NCBI GenBank assembly: GCA_030698625.1
Contig: JAUYMS010000035.1
Span: 9,950-73,949, forward strand
DNA from: Candidatus Omnitrophota bacterium
GTDB taxonomy: Bacteria > Omnitrophota > Omnitrophia > Omnitrophales > Aquincolibacteriaceae
Direction of reading: 5' to 3'
DNA length: 64,000 nt
The notes beneath the pieces were generated by a model. That model saw only the letters and a list, made by a program, of their open reading frames with translations. It searched no databases and was not told the origin of the DNA. Of the stretch, positions 57,880-64,000 are shown piece by piece. The position numbers and the translations under genes were made by a program. Within the stretch, counting starts at the first letter, position 1; each line of letters opens with the position of its first letter.

Positions 57880-58586
57880 TGGCTCTGGCGATCGCCGCGA
57901 TTGCGCTTTCATTCGGTGTTCGACCTTCGTGGGCTGCAGACGTTAAGGGGAAGATCGCAGTGACGGGTTCTTATCCGGAGAATCAGACGATCGCCATCGT
58001 CAGGAAGCCGCATAAGCGTTTTCCCGATACCATTGAATCGAGGACTTTGCTTGTGTCTGAGGAAGGGTTCCTGCAGAACGCGGTTGTTACACTGCAGGGG
58101 GACCTGCCTGCTGGCGGCAATAGGTCTGACGAACAGGTCTATGTGTTGGATCAGAAGGAGCACCGATTCGAACCTCATGTCGTCGTCATGCCTTTAGCTG
58201 CGACATTGCGTATCCTTAACTCGGACCCGATGGTGCATGATGTGCGCGCGTTTGACGAAAACGCCAAAATCCTCTTCCGCTTGGATATGCCTGACGGCGG
58301 AAAACCGGAGGACGTCACATTTCCGGCTCCGGGCGTTTATGTCGTGCGTTGCGGCATCCACAAGTGGATGCACGCCTATGTGCTCGTGATGCCGGATACC
58401 CGGTACGCGGTCTCAGATGCCTCCGGAGAATTTCTGTTGAGCGGTGTCCCTCATGGGAAGTATAATTTAACGATATGGCATGAAACCCTGGGGGCGCGAA
58501 AAATCCCTCTTCAAGTAGAAGGCTCTATTGACGATTTTCTTTATACGTATGATGTATCAACCCCAACTCAACCCAAAGGAGTTTAA
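57879..58586 (+). CDS. Secreted cupredoxin-like protein (type-1-copper-like HxV … Cx2Hx2M ligand set) with a C-terminal carboxypeptidase-regulatory-like beta-sandwich
   Basis: Signal peptide MALAIAAIALSFGVRPSWA. Blue-copper-like motifs PMVHDVRAF and YVVRCGIHKWMHAYVLV (Cys-x2-His-x2-Met, amicyanin-like spacing). C-terminal SGEFLLSGVPHGKYNLTIWHE. TAATG overlap with the upstream gene. Confidence 0.45.
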   Translation: MALAIAAIALSFGVRPSWAADVKGKIAVTGSYPENQTIAIVRKPHKRFPDTIESRTLLVSEEGFLQNAVVTLQGDLPAGGNRSDEQVYVLDQKEHRFEPHVVVMPLAATLRILNSDPMVHDVRAFDENAKILFRLDMPDGGKPEDVTFPAPGVYVVRCGIHKWMHAYVLVMPDTRYAVSDASGEFLLSGVPHGKYNLTIWHETLGARKIPLQVEGSIDDFLYTYDVSTPTQPKGV

Positions 58587-58587
58587 A

Positions 58588-59076
58588 ATGCGTTCTATCT
58601 ATGGAATTCTCAGTGTCTTTTTTCTGGCATTATTCATCGGGCAGACCCCTGTGCAGGCTGAACAGGTTGCTCTGGATGCGCCGGTTTTTGCGGGGGTTGA
58701 ACATCAGTTTACTTCCGACGTCTTCCGTGTTATTTCCGCCGCGAGCGGTCAGATGACCACCACCCCGGGTGCGGTTTTTACGGATGGCAGCGACGAGGGG
58801 ATGTCACTTCCTTACCTGGCTTCGCGGCCGACCTCGCTGACTTACCCGAGTTGGGCCGTCGAGAAGGGATGGCAGGGAGACCTTGTGATTGCCGTTGAGG
58901 TATTGCCTGATGGGTCCGTGGGGCAGTACCAGGTTATGCAGTCGACGGGTTATGAGGCCCTGGATCAGTCTGCCGCCGAAGCCGTTCGTTCGTGGACATT
59001 TTCTCCTGCGAGCAAAGACGGCCAGTCGGTCACAACCTGCGTCCAGATTCCGATTCGCTTCGAGCTCAAACTGTAG
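58588..59076 (+). CDS. TonB C-terminal-domain protein (short, signal/anchor + TonB_C only)
   Basis: N-terminal hydrophobic segment, then the TonB_C pattern YPSWAVEKGWQGDLVIAVEVLPDGSVGQYQVMQSTGYEALDQSAAEAVRSWTFSPASKDGQSV. RBS AAGGAG. There is no Pro-rich spacer. Confidence 0.6.
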   Translation: MRSIYGILSVFFLALFIGQTPVQAEQVALDAPVFAGVEHQFTSDVFRVISAASGQMTTTPGAVFTDGSDEGMSLPYLASRPTSLTYPSWAVEKGWQGDLVIAVEVLPDGSVGQYQVMQSTGYEALDQSAAEAVRSWTFSPASKDGQSVTTCVQIPIRFELKL

Positions 59077-59105
59077 AGCGAAATTTCTCCGACTCTATCT
59101 TGCCG

Positions 59106-60677
59106 ATGAAAGCCAAGACGCTTATGGTTCAAGGTACGGCTTCGAATGTCGGTAAGAGCGTTCTGACCGCCGCCCTTTGCCGCCTATTTCGGAACAAAGG
59201 GTGGCGTGTTGCCCCCTTTAAAGCGCAGAACATGTCCAACAATTCCTACGTTTGCCGCGACGGCGGTGAAATAGGCCGCGCGCAAGCAGTGCAGGCCGAG
59301 GCTTGTGGCATTGAGCCTTCCACTTTGATGAACCCCATCCTGTTGAAACCTTCTGCCGATAGTCAGTGCCAGGTCGTTATCATGGGAAAAGCCCGGTCTG
59401 GCATGGGTGCTTCCGAGTATTATGAAAACCGAGCTGAATTCGAGGCCATCGCCGACAGTGCCCTGGAAAGACTCATCGAATCTCATGAGCTTGTTGTCAT
59501 TGAAGGTGCCGGAAGTCCCGCCGAAATGAATATGAAAGACCGCGATATCACGAATATGCGCATTGCTAAAAAGTTTTCCTCTCCGGTTATTCTCGTGGGG
59601 GATATCGATAAGGGGGGCGTCTTCGCTCAGCTGTGCGGAACCTTCGATCTCTTAGACGAAAAGGAAAAAGAGCTCACGCGGGCTTTTATCATCAACAAAT
59701 TCCGCGGCGACAAAAATATTCTTGAGCCGGGGCTGCGGTGGATTGAGGACAAGACAGACCGAAAGGTGCTGGGTGTTGTTCCCTTTATGCCGGATCTGCA
59801 AATCGGCGAAGAAGATGCCGTTGTCCTTGAGAAAGGAAAGGCTCCGTCGATTTTGAATCAGAATAAAATCGTGATTGCCGTGGTTCGTTTGCCGAGGATT
59901 TCCAACTTTACCGACTTCGAGAGCCTGGCCAGGGAGTCCGGCGTCAATCTCCAGTACATGGAAAAGCCCATGAGAAACGTCCTGCCGGATCTCGTGATTA
60001 TTCCGGGAACGAAAAGCACGATAGCCGATCTTAAATTTTTGCGGAGTTCAGGCTTTGCGGATTACATCAGAAACTGCCATCGAGCGGGTGTTCCCGTTAT
60101 CGGTATTTGCGGCGGTTATCAGATGTTAGGCCGTCAGATTCTCGATCCTGACCATGTCGAATCGGAAAGCGGGAGTGCTGACGGTCTGGGAATGATTCCT
60201 GCCGTGACTACTTTCGTTGCGGTTAAAAAGACCGTGCAGGTTCGCGCCCTCCACGCCGAGAGCGGGGCGGAGGTACGCGGGTATGAGATCCATATGGGCC
60301 GGACTCAATTCCTGGCACCTGTCGAATCGGCGTTCAATGTGTTCGAGTCACAGCCGGAGAGCAACGGACACAAAGAAGGTGTTTATTTGTGTGCGCCGGG
60401 GGGAGATCGGTCACCGTTTATATTAGGAACCTACATTCACGGTCTTTTTGATTCAGACGGCTTCCGCCGCTTTCTTTTGAAAAGGGTGCGGGCCGTGCGG
60501 GGAATCCCTGACTTTGATGGAACCTTGTCGCAAAGTAACGATGGCCAAGACGACGCTTATGATCGTCTGGCGCAAAGGGTGGCTGAATCTATTGATACTC
60601 AGGCCTTGGAGACAATCCTTGAGGGGGCTGCGCAAAGCCTCTATACTAGCTCTCAATCTGTTCCACAATTGAAGTAA
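59106..60677 (+). CDS. cobQ: Cobyric acid synthase
   Basis: N-terminus MVQGTASNVGKSVLTAALCRLFRNKGWRVAPFKAQNMSNNS (CobQ/CbiP ATP-binding domain). C-terminal glutamine-amidotransferase domain GICGGYQMLG with catalytic Cys and His. Confidence 0.85.
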   Translation: MKAKTLMVQGTASNVGKSVLTAALCRLFRNKGWRVAPFKAQNMSNNSYVCRDGGEIGRAQAVQAEACGIEPSTLMNPILLKPSADSQCQVVIMGKARSGMGASEYYENRAEFEAIADSALERLIESHELVVIEGAGSPAEMNMKDRDITNMRIAKKFSSPVILVGDIDKGGVFAQLCGTFDLLDEKEKELTRAFIINKFRGDKNILEPGLRWIEDKTDRKVLGVVPFMPDLQIGEEDAVVLEKGKAPSILNQNKIVIAVVRLPRISNFTDFESLARESGVNLQYMEKPMRNVLPDLVIIPGTKSTIADLKFLRSSGFADYIRNCHRAGVPVIGICGGYQMLGRQILDPDHVESESGSADGLGMIPAVTTFVAVKKTVQVRALHAESGAEVRGYEIHMGRTQFLAPVESAFNVFESQPESNGHKEGVYLCAPGGDRSPFILGTYIHGLFDSDGFRRFLLKRVRAVRGIPDFDGTLSQSNDGQDDAYDRLAQRVAESIDTQALETILEGAAQSLYTSSQSVPQLK

Positions 60678-60693
60678 CCAGACGGAGGAAGCC

Positions 60694-61452
60694 ATGAGGG
60701 TAATCGCATCGTATCTTGGACTCATTTTGGCTATGATCCTGTGCGGCATGCCGTTGGCCTCAGCGCAGGTTGCCGAGCATTTCTACAATCCGCCTGAAAA
60801 TATCAATCCGGATCCCGATTATGCGCCCGGAGATTACGCCTTGCCCGAGCTCTACGCAGCACGTGTGACCTACCAGATTCTAAAAGCGCAACTTACCGAA
60901 GCGGCCGCGGCATCTGCGGCTCCTGTGACGCTGGGTTTGGGAGAAATTACTTTTTCCAGCGCCAAGAATGAGAGCGCTACGGTACTGGGCTATTTCAGGA
61001 ATTACTTCGGAGCTCTGAATCTAGGCGCTGAGGGGCTCGAGTCGATGAATCTGGTGATCGACGTGAATTCCCTCGATACCGGAGTTCCGGGCCGCAACAA
61101 TCGCATTCTGGCCATTTTCTTTGAAAGCATGAAGCCCGAACTCGGAGTTGCAACCGTTAGATTCGATTCTTTTGATCTCGGCGGAAAGACTCTTGGGACC
61201 TGGCAAGACGGCCAGGCCGGCGTGGTTAAAGCCGGTGGCGTTCTCACGATGAATGCTGTCGTTCGGGAAATCTCAGCAGAGTTGAACGTGACACGGCAAG
61301 GCGGAACGTGGGTTGTCGAAAGTGCTTCGCCGTTGAAATTAATGATCAGCGACTATGAGTTTGGCAACAGGCCGTACGATCTCATGAAAGAATGTAACCA
61401 TAAAGCGCTCGGCAATGCCGTCGAAGTTAATGTGAAGCTCTACCTCAGATAA
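60694..61452 (+). CDS. YceI-like family secreted protein
   Basis: Signal peptide. Motif VNSLDTGVPGRNNRIL resembles the YceI pattern v.S.dTG…RD..L, within a roughly 190-aa lipocalin-like body. Confidence 0.5.
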   Translation: MRVIASYLGLILAMILCGMPLASAQVAEHFYNPPENINPDPDYAPGDYALPELYAARVTYQILKAQLTEAAAASAAPVTLGLGEITFSSAKNESATVLGYFRNYFGALNLGAEGLESMNLVIDVNSLDTGVPGRNNRILAIFFESMKPELGVATVRFDSFDLGGKTLGTWQDGQAGVVKAGGVLTMNAVVREISAELNVTRQGGTWVVESASPLKLMISDYEFGNRPYDLMKECNHKALGNAVEVNVKLYLR

Positions 61453-61460
61453 ATCTCGCC

Positions 61461-63224
61461 ATGGTTAAAAACGCATCCGAATATAATGAACTCGATACCT
61501 TGCGGCACAGCTGTGCGCATGTGATGGCTCATGCGATCAAGGAACTCTTTCCGGATGCAAAGTTTGGCGTTGGGCCCCCGCTCGAAAACACTTTTTATTA
61601 TGATGTCGAATTGGAACAAAGATTGACCGACGAGGATCTCCGCGCCATCGAAAAGAAAATGGCGGAAATCATCAAGGCCGATCATCTTTTTGAGCGAAAA
61701 GTGCTTTCACGCGCAGATGCCCTCAAGTTTTTTGGCGATGCGGGAGAGACCTACAAGCTCGACATTATCAATCAGATCGGAGAGGCCGACGATATTTGCG
61801 CCTATGCGGAAGGGGACTTTACGGATCTTTGCCGCGGTCCGCATGTGAAATCGACGGGTCAGATCAAGGCCTTCAAATTGCTGAGCGTGGCCGGTGCTTA
61901 TTGGCGCGGTGATGAACGCAATCCGCAGATGCAGAGAATTTACGGGACGGCTTTTCCCAGCCAGAAAGAATTGAACGTCTACCTTCGCTCGGTCGAAGAG
62001 GCCAAACGGCGCGATCACCGCAAACTCGGAAAAGAACTGGAGCTCTACTCGTTTCAGGAGATGGCGGGCCCCGGCCTCGTGTTCTATCACCCCAAGGGCG
62101 GGATGCTGCGGTATCTGATTGAGCAGTTCATTCGTGAGGAACATCTGAAGCGCGGTTATCTCTTTGTCAATGGGCCGCAGATTTTAAAGAGTGATGTTTG
62201 GAAGACCTCGGGGCATTACGATTTTTATAAAGAAAACATGTTTATTTATACCGATGCTGAGGATAAAGAATACGGCATCAAGCCCATGAACTGCCCGGGG
62301 CATATGCTCATTTATAAGACGAAGATGCGCAGTTACCGTGATTTGCCGCTTCGTTTTTTTGAGATGGGGAATGTCTGCCGTTATGAAAAGTCGGGGGTGT
62401 TGCACGGTCTTCTGCGCGTGCGTAATTTTACACAGGACGATGCGCATATCTTTTGCCTGCCGGAACAGCTCGAACACGAAATTGAGAAAGTGCTCGACTT
62501 TATCTTTTTCGTACTGAAATCTTTCGGGTTCAAGGATTTTGAGATTGATCTCTCTACGCGTCCTCTTGACTCTATTGGGTCGGATGAGATGTGGGAAAAG
62601 GCAACTGCGGCTCTTCGCGGTGCTTTGGAAAAAAAGCAGCTGAAATATGGCGTGGAACCCGAGGGCGGGGCCTTTTACGGACCCAAGATCGATGTGCGCA
62701 TCAAGGACGCATTGGGCCGCTCATGGCAGTGCAGCACGATCCAATGCGATTTTGCCCTTCCCGAAAAGTTTAAATTGGAATATGTGTCTCCGGAAGGAGC
62801 GGCTGAGATCCCGATTGTGCTGCATCGCGCCATTCTGGGCAGTGTCGAGCGATTTATGGGGACAATCGTCGAACATTTTGCCGGAGCGTTTCCCCTGTGG
62901 CTCGCTCCGCTGCAGACCATACTGCTGCCGATTAGCGAGAAGCATGAGGGCTACTGCCGTGACTTGGCTGAAAGGCTTTCCGCGGAAGGCCTCAGAGTTG
63001 AGGTGAACGCCGCCAATGACACTCTGAATAAGAAGATTCGCAATGCCCAGAAGGAAAAGATCCCCTATCTTATCGTCGTGGGGGACAAGGAAGTCGAGAC
63101 GGCCACAGTCAATGCGCGCGCTTATGGCTCTCAGAAGCAGACCGAGTACTCGGAGCAGGATTTTGTCGCCAAGTGCCTAGAAGAAATCAAGAATAAGCAG
63201 GCTTCCGTTGAGGTCGAAAAATAG
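61461..63224 (+). CDS. thrS: Threonyl-tRNA synthetase (short form lacking the N-terminal TGS domain)
   Basis: N2 editing-domain motifs (HSCAHVMAHAI, CRGPHV), class II core (FQEMAGPGLVFYHPKGG; NCPGHMLIYK; RVRNFTQDDAHIF) and the anticodon-binding domain. Confidence 0.9.
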   Translation: MVKNASEYNELDTLRHSCAHVMAHAIKELFPDAKFGVGPPLENTFYYDVELEQRLTDEDLRAIEKKMAEIIKADHLFERKVLSRADALKFFGDAGETYKLDIINQIGEADDICAYAEGDFTDLCRGPHVKSTGQIKAFKLLSVAGAYWRGDERNPQMQRIYGTAFPSQKELNVYLRSVEEAKRRDHRKLGKELELYSFQEMAGPGLVFYHPKGGMLRYLIEQFIREEHLKRGYLFVNGPQILKSDVWKTSGHYDFYKENMFIYTDAEDKEYGIKPMNCPGHMLIYKTKMRSYRDLPLRFFEMGNVCRYEKSGVLHGLLRVRNFTQDDAHIFCLPEQLEHEIEKVLDFIFFVLKSFGFKDFEIDLSTRPLDSIGSDEMWEKATAALRGALEKKQLKYGVEPEGGAFYGPKIDVRIKDALGRSWQCSTIQCDFALPEKFKLEYVSPEGAAEIPIVLHRAILGSVERFMGTIVEHFAGAFPLWLAPLQTILLPISEKHEGYCRDLAERLSAEGLRVEVNAANDTLNKKIRNAQKEKIPYLIVVGDKEVETATVNARAYGSQKQTEYSEQDFVAKCLEEIKNKQASVEVEK

Positions 63225-63380
63225 CACAATTTCAAGTCTAGTTTTTTCTAGCAATTCTTAACATCCTCACTCAATCAGCCTCGTTCATACGCCCCCCGTT
63301 TGCAATTTTTGCTGACCCAAGGCAGCCTTTATAAACTCTTTTGTCCGAAAGAGTTAAGGTGAATTTAAGGGGTCAAAAAT

Positions 63381-64000
63381 ATGCGGCGACATACCAGGGC
63401 GGGGAGGGTCTACCTCGTCAACAAAGCGATTTCCTTATGCGTGGCTATTTGTTTGGCGGTAACACAGACGGAGGCTTACGCTTTGTCCGTCGTGGATCCT
63501 GCGCCAAGCGTTAGTTCCCGCCCCTTCTCGTTTTCTATCCCCGATAACCTAGGCAACGTGGACGAATCCCATCAAGGTACCTCCGGAAAAACCATCATCT
63601 TCGTCCAGGACGCGCATGACTCCCTTGAAGCTCAGGAAAGTATTGCGGGCATGATCGACCATCTCGTGGGGAGCTATGGCATTAACACCGTCTTCGAGGA
63701 AGGTTACGAGGGGAGTGTCCCGAGTGATCGCTTTTTCAATGACATTCAAGATCCCGCCGTTCGCGAACGCGTGTCTTACTATCTCATGGATCAACTCCGT
63801 ATCGGCGGCGCTGAATACAGCTATATTAACCGCAAGCGGGATTTCAGGTTAATCGGTGCCGACAGTTTGAAATTACACCGTGAGAATCTTGAATGGTATC
63901 AGCGAGCGGCTATGCAGCGAGAGCTCACGGACCGGGATCTGGCTTCCTTGCATGACCACATTCTTAAACTTGCCAACAGGTATTTCCCTAGACCGCTCAA
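63381..64000 (+). CDS. Secreted hypothetical protein, 3'-truncated at the window edge
   Basis: ATG at 63381 opens a frame that runs to nt 64000. N-terminal signal peptide (LCVAICLAVTQTEAYA). It is not in the ORF track, presumably because it is open-ended. The listed minus-strand ORF 63549–63794 lies inside it. Confidence 0.4.
   Translation, partial: MRRHTRAGRVYLVNKAISLCVAICLAVTQTEAYALSVVDPAPSVSSRPFSFSIPDNLGNVDESHQGTSGKTIIFVQDAHDSLEAQESIAGMIDHLVGSYGINTVFEEGYEGSVPSDRFFNDIQDPAVRERVSYYLMDQLRIGGAEYSYINRKRDFRLIGADSLKLHRENLEWYQRAAMQRELTDRDLASLHDHILKLANRYFPRPL

Noticed and set aside
63549-63794. Listed 81-aa minus-strand ORF
   Set aside because: It lies wholly within a longer plus-strand open frame starting at 63381, which has a signal peptide.

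Overview
This is a GC-rich (~57%) bacterial chromosomal segment, coded mostly on the + strand, with no rRNA, tRNA, CRISPR array or obvious transposase. The main contents are:

- **Two-component genes (1–2908):** a 5'-truncated GAF/PAS HisKA_3 sensor kinase and a NarL-type regulator, followed by two tandem degenerate receiver-domain genes.
- **tag (3959–4519):** DNA-3-methyladenine glycosylase I.
- **MoxR operon (5569–16625):** an ~11 kb MoxR – DUF58 – BatA-like membrane/vWA operon. It includes a 959-aa secreted Gly/Ser/Ala/Asp low-complexity protein that contains near-identical ~111/171-nt tandem DNA repeats. A legumain/caspase-fold protein that appears to lack its catalytic Cys sits just upstream.
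- **HAMP-PAS histidine kinase (18620–20742):** split into two ORFs by an apparent frameshift in a G5AAG5 tract.
- **Minus-strand CheY – lipoprotein – TPR/beta-barrel outer-membrane protein operon (20756–22814).**
- **NnrS membrane protein (26579–27844),** preceded by a truncated TfoX_N-like ORF.
- **Exopolysaccharide operon (29467–42917):** genes are translationally coupled through ATGA overlaps. They are Wzz, Wzx, Wzy, two polysaccharide deacetylases, a GT2, a FemAB-like protein of the PEP-CTERM/XrtA-associated type and a GH114-like hydrolase. The operon also encodes a 1347-aa protein fusing three GT4 domains with a GNAT domain.
- **Housekeeping and envelope genes:** pyrophosphate-type phosphofructokinase, an MscS channel and a D-2-hydroxyacid dehydrogenase.
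- **Two paralogous membrane + TPR (TMTC/PMT-like) proteins,** one followed by a CXXCH cytochrome-like gene.
- **Cobalamin-riboswitch operon (54775–60677):** a sigma70-like promoter and a cobalamin riboswitch drive TonB-dependent receptor – DUF4430 – cupredoxin-like protein – TonB_C protein – cobQ.
- **YceI-like protein and thrS** close the window.

The most unusual items are the cupredoxin-like gene inside the B12 operon, the triple-GT4/GNAT protein, the repeat-bearing low-complexity protein in the MoxR operon, and a densely structured divergent intergenic region at 52150–52430.
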